Positions 50,531 through 59,486 of a DNA stretch of 64,000 nt are shown one piece after another; position 1 is the stretch's first letter, and each line of letters opens with the position of its first letter. The DNA lies in assembly GCA_016208165.1 (NCBI GenBank), contig JACQYL010000024.1, positions 3,234 through 67,233 of the forward strand, in the 5' to 3' direction. Source of the DNA: Deltaproteobacteria bacterium (lineage in GTDB: Bacteria; Desulfobacterota; Desulfarculia; JACQYL01). A program made the translations under genes and the position numbers. Under the pieces are notes generated by a model. It did not search any database. It saw only the letters and a program-made list of their open reading frames with translations, and was not told the origin of the DNA.

Positions 50531-51874
50531 CTAAATTCTCGGCCCACCCGGGACCCAATCGATGGAGCGCATTTCGAGACGGCCGTCCTCCAGCACGTCC
50601 ACCGTTTTTCCGAGGATGTCTTCCTCGATACTTCCACCCACAACAATCGATTCATCCATAACCGTTCCTCGTTTTACTACGTTCGGAACAAGGGCTTTCC
50701 GCTCTTCACGCGGAATCAGCGATCCCTCGTCCTTGGTGAATGCATAGGTTTTCCATAGGACCGAGTTGGTGATGCGCGCCCCGCTTTCAACGGTCCACCC
50801 GTCACCAATCACCGCGTGGGGTCCCAGAACAGCCTTGTCTTCAATGACGCAGTCGTGGCCGATAATGACGGGAGGAACGATATTCACTTCGGAGAAATCC
50901 ACTGACGCGTTGTTTCCCAGATACCCCCACGGAAAGCGTTCGTAGGGCAAAACAATGTCCACTCCCCCATCCATGCAGATCCTGTTGACCTCCAGATAAT
51001 CCTGTTTCCGGCCCACGTCGAACCACAGGCCGTCGTACTGTATTCCCCAGAGAACCGCATCCTTGGGCAGGCGGACATAATCCAGTTCGCCCAGCATGGC
51101 CGAAAACACGTGTTTACCGAAATCATAGAAAGGCGCCTCGATGGCGACGCTTGCTTCCGTGCGCAATGGATCGAGCATTCGCAGCAGGTCCATTTCGATC
51201 ATGTACACCGACGCGTTGTTCAGATTACTGGGCGAGTTGGGATCCTTTTCTATGAACTTACGGATCCGACCCGATACGGATATGGGACCCTGCATCGTCT
51301 CGGGATTCTCCAGTTCCACGGTGCCGAATTCAGCTCTTTGCTCCCAGGGTATGGGGGTCAGGAGCATGGTGAAAGCCGATCCTTTCCGTTTGTGAATATC
51401 GTACATCCGCTCGATCAGATCGGAACTGAAGTTGGTCACTATGTCGCCGCTCGGAACGATGATGGTGGATCCCTGAAAAGCGCCGAACGGTATCGTCTCC
51501 TCCCGATCCAAAACCCGTTTCGCATCGGCCCCCAGCGCCTGTTTGCAGACCCCTCCCAGTGTGCCGGACGGAGCGTGTTCTTCCACGAAACGGATATCCG
51601 CTCCAAAACGCGCGCCCCGGCCGTAATAGTTCCGGATCGTTTCGCCCAGGACCGCCAAGTTCATGGAGATTTCCGAAACTCCGCATTCAACGGCCTTTCG
51701 AACCCACATTTCGGATATGGGCACGCTTCCGCCGATGGGAAACATGGGTTTGGGCAAGTGGTGAACGGTCAGAGGTTCCATGCGTTTTCCATACCCCGCA
51801 GCCAAAATGGCGAACATGATGTTGCCGTCGGCTCCACGCTTGTGCGTCCAGCGGCTCTTGAAATACGTGTCCAT
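50531..51874 (-). CDS. Sugar-phosphate nucleotidyltransferase with C-terminal left-handed beta-helix (GlmU/mannose-1-P guanylyltransferase-like)
   Basis: N-terminal MFAILAAGYGKRM (G-x-G-x-R NTP-transferase motif) and hexapeptide-repeat C-terminus. Start is ambiguous: ATG 51874, 51886 or 51817. Confidence 0.65.
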   Translation of the reverse strand: MDTYFKSRWTHKRGADGNIMFAILAAGYGKRMEPLTVHHLPKPMFPIGGSVPISEMWVRKAVECGVSEISMNLAVLGETIRNYYGRGARFGADIRFVEEHAPSGTLGGVCKQALGADAKRVLDREETIPFGAFQGSTIIVPSGDIVTNFSSDLIERMYDIHKRKGSAFTMLLTPIPWEQRAEFGTVELENPETMQGPISVSGRIRKFIEKDPNSPSNLNNASVYMIEMDLLRMLDPLRTEASVAIEAPFYDFGKHVFSAMLGELDYVRLPKDAVLWGIQYDGLWFDVGRKQDYLEVNRICMDGGVDIVLPYERFPWGYLGNNASVDFSEVNIVPPVIIGHDCVIEDKAVLGPHAVIGDGWTVESGARITNSVLWKTYAFTKDEGSLIPREERKALVPNVVKRGTVMDESIVVGGSIEEDILGKTVDVLEDGRLEMRSIDWVPGGPRI

Positions 51875-52495
51875 TTGAATAGGCATAGAGCGTCTCTTTT
51901 CCTTTCTGCCGATGCTGTGAACGGCCGACCCCTCCTGCTCGATTCCCTCTTTTGGATTGGAGGGGCATGTCGTATGAGAAGTCCCCGAGCCCGAGCCGTA
52001 CAGGTTAAGGCAAATCGCCTCGCCGTCCGCCGATGTTGGGGACCCTGTTGCTTCGCACGGTGTTCTCATTCATATGTGTCCCTCACGAATCTTGTCAAGA
52101 TATAGATCCGCACGAGGTTCGCATCGACGATGGAGCTAGGGGCAAATGATTATTCGCCCATAGGGGGTCCACCGCGTTCTAATGCAGGGAGGTGCTGCAA
52201 TACGCCCCTGTGGAACCTGCAATCAGCGAGGTTGGGTTGACGCGCAGATAGCGAAACCGGACGCGTGCGGAGATGTCCTCCGAGGGAGGGTCCTATTTTA
52301 CCTTTGTGTTTCAAGCGGTGTTTCGGTAAACTGCTGTGGACAAACGGATGGGACGCTTCGCTGATGACCGTCTCGATGTCTTTGTCTGTCTCCCAATTGA
52401 CCTATGGGAGTAATGTGGTCTAAACAGCGCGGCTCCGGATGCGGGTTTTTCTGAATCACCATCCGGGCGCGCGCTTCCTTTCAAGGGGAAATTCC

Positions 52496-53734
52496 ATGTT
52501 TCGACCTTTCCTGTCAGGACCATCAAGAGCGGCTCTGTCGCTGCTGTTGCTGTTTTGCTCGTTCACCTCCCGGGCTGAGGTGTCCGTACCGGAGGTTCAA
52601 AGTATTAAGGTGTGGGGCGAGACCGCCGCGACTCAGGACGCCGCCGCGGATAAACAACGGGCTGTGGCCATTGCTCGGCGGGCTGCCGTGGAACAGGTGG
52701 TGGGTGCGTACGTCACCTCCAAAACCCTGGTCGAGAACTTCCAAGTGGTGGAAGACCGCATCTATTCCAAGGCGGCCGGGTTCGTCAACAATTACCGGAT
52801 TCTCGAGGAACGGCGTACCGATCTTCAGCGCGTGCACATTGAAGCACAGGTCAGCGTGGCTCCGGTCACCGAGATTCTTCGGGCCTCCGGGCTGCTGCGC
52901 GAGTGGCGTGTGGGCGTGCTCCTGGCGCCGGATCAGAAAAATCTTTCACACATGCTAGGCTACTATTCGGCGCCAAGAATCATGGAAGTGGCTCGGAACA
53001 TCGAGACGGAAATCGCACGAAAGCTGGTTGAAACCGGTTTTAAGGTCGTGGATCCCGTCCAACTGAAGAAGCTTCGCCAGCAGTTCGAAAAGACGGGAGA
53101 CCTGTCCGACACCCCTGTAAGTGGAATGGACCTCCTGGTCACCGGCTATGTTTCTCTGGCGGCCCAAAAATCCGGCGGCGCCATGGATCAGGCCATTTGT
53201 CAGATCCATGGGAAAATCCTGCGTGTCGATACGGGGGAAGTCGTGTACCAGGGCACCGTGGGCAACACGTTCGACGGCGTGACGTTACTGGTGCCGCGGG
53301 ATCTGGCTTTCAAGTACGCAGGCTCTCTGGGCAACGGCATGTTGTCCAACGGCGCCCCCGATCTGCGCTCCTTCGGAGGAGGCGCCTCGGCGGCGCTGGA
53401 CAAAGCCATCCGCCTGGCTTCCGCAATGGCCTCCGACATAGCCGTCTCTCAAATCACCCTGCTTCCTGCTGCTGTGAGCGCCAGAATCGCCCTGGAAATC
53501 CACGGTCTGGATTTCAGCAAACTATTGGAACTCGAGGAAGAGCTGAAAGACATGGAGAACGTTTCGAGCGTCAGGACGGAGGAGTTTTCCGGAGACGCTC
53601 AGCAGATGGAGGTGGAATATGACGGTGATGCCATGAATCTGGCCCGTGCCATAGGCAAATCCAAAGTAACTCGTGATATGAATCTCAAGATAAAGAAGGT
53701 GACCAAGAACAAGATTACCTTGAGTGCCGACTAA
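52496..53734 (+). CDS. Secreted/lipoprotein-like hypothetical protein (LPP20/FlgT-like N-terminal region), partner of CsgG-like protein
   Basis: Signal peptide, 412 aa. Directly upstream and co-oriented with the CsgG-family gene. Confidence 0.5.
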   Translation: MFRPFLSGPSRAALSLLLLFCSFTSRAEVSVPEVQSIKVWGETAATQDAAADKQRAVAIARRAAVEQVVGAYVTSKTLVENFQVVEDRIYSKAAGFVNNYRILEERRTDLQRVHIEAQVSVAPVTEILRASGLLREWRVGVLLAPDQKNLSHMLGYYSAPRIMEVARNIETEIARKLVETGFKVVDPVQLKKLRQQFEKTGDLSDTPVSGMDLLVTGYVSLAAQKSGGAMDQAICQIHGKILRVDTGEVVYQGTVGNTFDGVTLLVPRDLAFKYAGSLGNGMLSNGAPDLRSFGGGASAALDKAIRLASAMASDIAVSQITLLPAAVSARIALEIHGLDFSKLLELEEELKDMENVSSVRTEEFSGDAQQMEVEYDGDAMNLARAIGKSKVTRDMNLKIKKVTKNKITLSAD

Positions 53735-53876
53735 CATCGGCCGGAGCTGTCATATCCGGCTGATCCGGTGATACGCGGCCTGCAGTTGAAGGACCGACGG
53801 ATCTGATGGAAATCCGAAGTCGTGCGGGCCGTGCAATCTTTTCCATCAACAAATGCAATTTCGAGGAGGATGCATT

Positions 53877-54764
53877 ATGTGGGTTCGATTGGCTCGAACG
53901 GCGATCGGGTTGTGTCTGGTTTTTCTTGTTTTTACCGCCATGGCTCAGGCTAAAGACCGTGTAGCCGTGATGGATTTCGAAAACAAATCCCAGCATGGCG
54001 GATGGAGATTGGGAAGCGGGGCCGCGGACATGCTCGCTACGGAGATCGTAAAAACTGGAAAGTTCCAAGTAATGGAACGAGACAAGCTGACCGCGGTCAT
54101 CAAAGAACAGGACTTGGGCGCTTCGGGTAGGATCGATCCGTCCACCGCGGCTCAAATCGGCAAAATCGTCGGCGTCGAGTATATCATCACAGGCGCCGTA
54201 ACCGAATACGGCCAGAGCGAATTGGGCGGAGAAGGAGGCGGATTCGCGCTCAAGAAAAAAGGATATCACGCGACCGTGGATATCCGCATGGTAAACGCCA
54301 ATACAGGGGAAATCGTATTTGCGGACAGTGCGACTCACAGCGAAGCCGCATACAACGTCAAGGTTTTCGGCTACGGCGGCGGAGAAGAGTTTGACGAGAA
54401 GAAAGCCACCGAAGTCATGCGCGCGGCCATAGCCAAGCTCGCCGTCAAGATCAATTCGGCTCCCCTCGCCGCCGCCGGTTCTTCCGGTCCTAAAATCGCG
54501 GCGGGTCCGGCCTTGGTGGCCGACGTAGACGGCAATTGTGTGGTATTGAACAAAGGACGCAACGGCGGCTTGCAGCAAGGACAGGAAGTCACACTGTACA
54601 GAGCCGGCAAAACGATCACAGACCCACAGACGGGAAAGGTGTTGAAGGTGCGCCTCAGGAAGGTCGGCGTCATCAAATTGACCACTGTGGACGACGGTTA
54701 TGCCGAGGGAGAGGCGCTCAGCGGATCGGGGTTCCAGGTGGGCGACACCACGCAGGCAGAATAG
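53877..54764 (+). CDS. CsgG-family (curli-type secretion channel) lipoprotein
   Basis: DRVAVMDFENKS...GAADMLATEIVKTGKFQVMERDKL motif region. GAGGAGGA RBS. Confidence 0.7.
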   Translation: MWVRLARTAIGLCLVFLVFTAMAQAKDRVAVMDFENKSQHGGWRLGSGAADMLATEIVKTGKFQVMERDKLTAVIKEQDLGASGRIDPSTAAQIGKIVGVEYIITGAVTEYGQSELGGEGGGFALKKKGYHATVDIRMVNANTGEIVFADSATHSEAAYNVKVFGYGGGEEFDEKKATEVMRAAIAKLAVKINSAPLAAAGSSGPKIAAGPALVADVDGNCVVLNKGRNGGLQQGQEVTLYRAGKTITDPQTGKVLKVRLRKVGVIKLTTVDDGYAEGEALSGSGFQVGDTTQAE

Positions 54765-54770
54765 TGTATA

Positions 54771-54883
54771 TGTTGGGTTACGCTCGCTTTGCTCGCCAAC
54801 CCGACCTACCGTTTTCTCAACATCGTGTAAGAATCGTTGACGCCGCATCCGGTAGGTCGGGTTGAGCATCGCGAAACCCAACA
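54771..54883. terminator. Structured convergent-gene spacer: nested inverted repeats incl. perfect 15-bp arms CAACCCGACCTACCG / CGGTAGGTCGGGTTG
   Basis: First arm is followed by TTTT on the + strand. Lies between the 3' ends of the CsgG-like (+) and iorB (-) genes. Confidence 0.4.
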
Positions 54884-54899
54884 ACGTAGAGTGGTCGCC

Positions 54900-55466
54900 T
54901 TACCGCTTCTCTCCCAAAGACCCGGCTTCATAACCCGAAGCAAGCGCTTTCAGATTCTGCTCCCTGTACGGTTCCCTGCTCAGATTCCTTACCGTATCCT
55001 CGACGGCCTCGTAGGAAAACGGAAAGGCAAGCCGTTCGATGGAAAATCCCAGCAGGATCATGTTGGCCGTCAATGGCGCGCCGGTTTCCAGAGCGATACG
55101 GCTTGCATCCAGCACATGCAGCTCGGCGGGAAGCTGTTTCAGGTATTCGGACAATTGAAAAGGCATGCGCGCCGAATCCGGTCCGTTCACCACCGCTGCT
55201 CCGCCGGGTTTCAGGAAAGACACGGTATTCGGCAATTCGTCGGCCTCGAACACAAGGAGTCCGTCGGCCGTGCCCGCCCGAACCAGCGGCGACTGCATGG
55301 ATCCCACACGCACGTGGCTGACCACGGACCCTCCTCGCTGGGCCATGCCATGAGTCTCACTGACCAGCACATGATGGCCTTCCTTCAAGACCGCGTCGTG
55401 CAGTATGCGGGTGATGAACAGGATGCCTTGACCGCCCACCCCTGCCAGCACGTAATTCCGATTCAT
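54900..55466 (-). CDS. iorB: Indolepyruvate:ferredoxin oxidoreductase subunit beta
   Basis: Pyruvate/2-oxoacid:Fd oxidoreductase gamma-type domain (VLAGVGGQG). Confidence 0.8.
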   Translation of the reverse strand: MNRNYVLAGVGGQGILFITRILHDAVLKEGHHVLVSETHGMAQRGGSVVSHVRVGSMQSPLVRAGTADGLLVFEADELPNTVSFLKPGGAAVVNGPDSARMPFQLSEYLKQLPAELHVLDASRIALETGAPLTANMILLGFSIERLAFPFSYEAVEDTVRNLSREPYREQNLKALASGYEAGSLGEKR

Positions 55467-55571
55467 GATATTCGCCTCGTGCCCTTCCCGGACGCAAGTA
55501 AGCGCCCGAAGTTCTTTCAAGATTTCGCCTGACGCCGACCTTGAATATTCGATTGCGGTCCGGTCCCCCGT

Positions 55572-57433
55572 TCAAGCCGCTTCAATGGCTCCCGTGGGAC
55601 AGATGTGGACGCATACGCCGCAGCCCACGCACAGCGTTTCCCGGATCCGAACTTTCTTCTCGCCGGGTATGGGCTCGAAGGCCGGACATTCGAACCGCTT
55701 CACACACAGGAGACAGCCATCACACGCATCCGTGATGTTCATCCGTTTGGACTCGAGCTGATCCCGATACGCGATAATGCAGGGATGCTCTGAAATCAGC
55801 ACGGCGACCCCTTCCCGCTCGACAGCTTCTTCCGCTTGCGCCAGGGCGGCCGAAAACCCTGGTACATCGTAAGGATCGTGGGTAAGCACCGTGTCCACAC
55901 CGCAACCGCGAACCACTCGTTCCAGCGGGATGCGTCCTCCCACGCCGCCGTCGGCCCGGATCCCCAGGCCCGGTGTGGGCTGCATGCCGGTCATGGCGGT
56001 GATCTTGTTGTCCAGGATGACCAGCAGCATCCGCGCCCGGTTGTATACGGCGTTCATCAGTCCGGCCGTACCTGAGTGGTAAAACGTTGAATCCCCGATG
56101 GTAGCCACTATCGGACGATCGTTTCCATCCTGATGGTACGCCTGATAGAATCCGCTCGCCATGGTCACTCCGGCCCCCATGTCCAGAACCGTGTCCACGG
56201 CGCCAAGATTGAGCCCCAAGGTGTAGCACCCGATATCGGAGGTGAAGACCGCCTTGGGAAATCGCCTGCGTATGGCAAAGAACGCCGCCCTATGGGGACA
56301 TCCCGGACACAAGGTGGGTCGCCGGGGCGCGGGCTTGACCTCTTCGAGCAATTTTTCAAGGGACGGGTCCATGGCCCGAGGCAGAGGTTGGCCCAGGGCC
56401 TCGTCCAGAAACCTCGAAAGAATGCCGTACAACAATTCAGGGACCAATTCGCCTTCTTGAGGAATGTGTCCCGTGTTCCTGCCGCACACACCCGGCTTGC
56501 TTTCCAGGATAAGTTCCAAAAAGGCGCCTGTTTCTTCCACGACCAGAACCTTGTCGCAACGCTCGCAGAAATCGCTTAGCAAGGCGCGGGGATAAGGATT
56601 CGGCATGCCCACCTTCATCACGGGAACGGATCCGACGCCCGCATCATCCAGAATGTCCCGAACCGCGACAAAGGGGACGCCGCCCGCGATAATGCCCGCC
56701 CGTCGGTGCTCTCCATCGGGAATGGGCTGTACGTTAAAACCGTCGGCCCACTTCGGTTCACTTACGATCTGAGCCAGCTTCCGGTTAAGCTCTTCATGCA
56801 GGACATACCGGAACTTGGGAGTCGCGGCCCAACGTCTCGGGTCCTTTTGGAAATCTGCCTTTCTGGGTTGCGACGCCAGGCGAGTCTGGACGATGTCTTG
56901 TTTTGCGTGGCACACGCGAATGGCCGGACGGACGATCACGGGCAACCGCTTTGCTTCGGACAGCTCGAATGCACGGGCAATCATGCGAATGGCCTCTTCC
57001 GGCGTGGAAGGATCGAACGCCGGCGCCTTGGCGAATAACGACATCAATCGGGTGTCCTGCTCCGTCTGAGACGAGTGGGGTCCCGGGTCGTCGCAGGAAA
57101 TGACCACAAACCCGCCCACACAACCCAGGTAAGCCGCGCTCATGAGGGAGTCGCAAGCCACGTTCAGTCCCACCTGCTTCATGCAGCAGGCGGCCCGTTT
57201 GCCGGTCAGCGCCGCTGCGTACGCATTGTCGAAAGCCACCTTTTCGTTTACCGACCACTCTGCGTAGGCGTCTATGTCATGTTCGCGTTTCAGCTGAACG
57301 AACGCGGGCAATATTTCCGAACTGGGCGTACCGGGATAGGAACAGAGCACCTGGCATCCGGCCTCGAGCAAGCCACGCGCCATGGCCTCGTTGCCCAGCA
57401 TCACACGTCGTCCCGGCGATTCTACGTTTGGCA
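55572..57433 (-). CDS. iorA: Indolepyruvate:ferredoxin oxidoreductase subunit alpha
   Basis: ThDP-binding GDSTF region and C-terminal two [4Fe-4S] motifs (CDGCLLC...CP, CVGCGVCVHICP). Confidence 0.85.
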
Positions 57434-57805
57434 TAACACGCTCCCGCTTTAGTTGTGGAAAGATGAAATAGTACCAAATCTGCCGATTTGATTGCAAGAA
57501 CAGGGAAGGCGAACTTGCATCGTTTCCCTCGCGTCTGGGTCCGTGCTCCACTCACGCGATCTCCCTGAACCTGAGGCTCCGAGCGGGCACGAAGGCTCTC
57601 GACAATAGTACGACATTAGTACTTGCTTCCCGTGCTCACTTCGGGTAAACTGCCGACTCATTGTTTAGGAAGCCATAGATCAAATGTTCGGAGATCGCTC
57701 GGTCCCCAAGGGCCGATTTCACATGAGAAGCATGAAGAACGCCATCCTATACAGAGATCCGTCCCCCGTGTCCTTCCTGGAAAGTAAGGAGGTGGTGGCT
57801 CCTTT

Positions 57806-57895
57806 ATGGATCATGCTCGGCCCCCTAGGGGGCAGTGTCAGGCATCGGTCCGTAACGGAGAACTTTACCTTACGTTTCAGGGAGGAATCGAATGA
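57806..57895 (+). CDS. 29-codon upstream ORF translationally coupled (ATGA) to the DUF39 gene
   Basis: AAGGAGG RBS. Peptide MDHARPPRGQCQASVRNGELYLTFQGGIE. Contains the 12-nt palindrome CCCCCTAGGGGG. Confidence 0.3.
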   Translation: MDHARPPRGQCQASVRNGELYLTFQGGIE

Positions 57896-59073
57896 TTCGT
57901 AGCATAGAAGAAATCAATCAAAAAATTCGCGAGGGCCGTGTCGTCGTGTACACGGCCGAAGAAATCATTGACGTGGTACGGGAGAAAGGCGTCTCCGCAG
58001 CCGCCAGGGAAGTGGACGTGGTCACCACGGGTACGTTCAGTCCCATGTGCTCCAGCGGCGCCTATTTTAATATCAAGCAGCCCAAGATCAAGATAAAGAT
58101 GGGCGGGGGAACCGCGTATCTGGACAGAGTTCCCGCCTACGCCGGATTTGCGGCCGCGGATATTTACCTCGGCGCCACCGCCCTACCGGATCAAGCACCT
58201 CGCAATGCCCGGCATCCCGGTGAATTTCCGTTCGGCGGGGCGCACGTGATCGAGGCCCTGGTTTCCGGCAAGAAAGTCACCCTTACCGCAAGCGCCTACG
58301 GAACGGACTGCTATCCGGCCCTGGAACGCGACGAGGAGATCGGATTCGAAGACATGAACGAAGCGGTTCTCTTCAACCCGCGCAACTGTTATCAGAATTA
58401 CAACGTGGCCGTAAATCTGTCCGACAAGACCATCTATACGTACATGGGCGTGCTGAGGCCGAATCTCGGAAACGCCAACTACTGCAGCGCGGGACAGCTT
58501 TCCCCCCTGCTGAACGATCCGCTCTACCGGACCATCGGCATCGGGACTCGCATCTTCCTTGGCGGCGGCAAAGGCTATGTGGTGTGGCCCGGCACCCAGC
58601 ACAATCCCAATGTGCCCCGCACGGAGACAGGCGCGCCGAAGAAGCCGTCAGGAACCCTGGCGGTCATGGGAGACCTCAAAAAGATGAGTCCCGCCTGGCT
58701 GCGGGCGCTCAGCTTCGTCGGGTATGGGGTAACCCTGTCGGTAGGCATCGGAATTCCCATACCGATTCTGGACGAGGAAGTGATGAAGCACGTTTCCGTC
58801 ACGGATGCGGAACTGTGGGCGCCGGTGGTGGATTACAGCCGTGACTACCCTTACGGAGAAGGAGGAGGTCCGCTGGCTGAAGTCACCTACGCCCAGCTCA
58901 AAAGCGGGCGTATCGAACTCATGGGCAAACAGGTTCCCACCGGAGCGTTCTCCTCTATTTTAAAAGCACGGGAAATCGCCGGGATACTCAAGGATTGGAT
59001 TCGGAAAGGTAACTTCGAACTGACCTCGAAAGTAGCGTCGCTGCCGGGCGTGAAGGGAGGTGAGGCCCTATGA
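57892..59073 (+). CDS. DUF39/COG1900 homocysteine-biosynthesis protein (L-aspartate-semialdehyde sulfurtransferase type)
   Basis: Strong similarity pattern to the methanogen MA1821 family. 393 aa, GGGAGG RBS. Confidence 0.75.
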   Translation: MIRSIEEINQKIREGRVVVYTAEEIIDVVREKGVSAAAREVDVVTTGTFSPMCSSGAYFNIKQPKIKIKMGGGTAYLDRVPAYAGFAAADIYLGATALPDQAPRNARHPGEFPFGGAHVIEALVSGKKVTLTASAYGTDCYPALERDEEIGFEDMNEAVLFNPRNCYQNYNVAVNLSDKTIYTYMGVLRPNLGNANYCSAGQLSPLLNDPLYRTIGIGTRIFLGGGKGYVVWPGTQHNPNVPRTETGAPKKPSGTLAVMGDLKKMSPAWLRALSFVGYGVTLSVGIGIPIPILDEEVMKHVSVTDAELWAPVVDYSRDYPYGEGGGPLAEVTYAQLKSGRIELMGKQVPTGAFSSILKAREIAGILKDWIRKGNFELTSKVASLPGVKGGEAL

Positions 59074-59486
59074 TTACTCGAAAAGTAACGCTGCGGTTTC
59101 CTCCGGAGGCGGTGGAAGAACCCGTGACCTATCGCCTGGTGAAAGATTACGGGCTCATGGTGAACATTCTGCGTGCATCGATCCATCCCGGAAAGAAAGG
59201 CCGTCTCGCCTTGAGTATCACCGGGGACCAGGCGGACCTGGACACGGCCTTGGCCTATGTCCAGACCCTCGGCATCGAAGTGGAACCCATGGCCGAGGAT
59301 ATTCGCCGCATCGAGGAACGCTGCACCAGTTGCACGGCCTGTATTCCGGCCTGCCCCACCCATGCCCTGGACGTGGATCGAGTCACCTGGCAGGTGTCCT
59401 TGGATAAAGATAAATGCGTCCTCTGCGGGTCGTGTATCCCCGTGTGCGCCTACAAAGCCATGGAAATAACCTATGACGGATCCTGA
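59070..59486 (+). CDS. NIL-domain / 2x[4Fe-4S] ferredoxin partner of DUF39 (MA1822-like)
   Basis: N-terminal NIL domain plus CTSCTACIPACP and CVLCGSCIPVCAY motifs. ATGA overlap with the DUF39 gene. Confidence 0.75.
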   Translation: MITRKVTLRFPPEAVEEPVTYRLVKDYGLMVNILRASIHPGKKGRLALSITGDQADLDTALAYVQTLGIEVEPMAEDIRRIEERCTSCTACIPACPTHALDVDRVTWQVSLDKDKCVLCGSCIPVCAYKAMEITYDGS

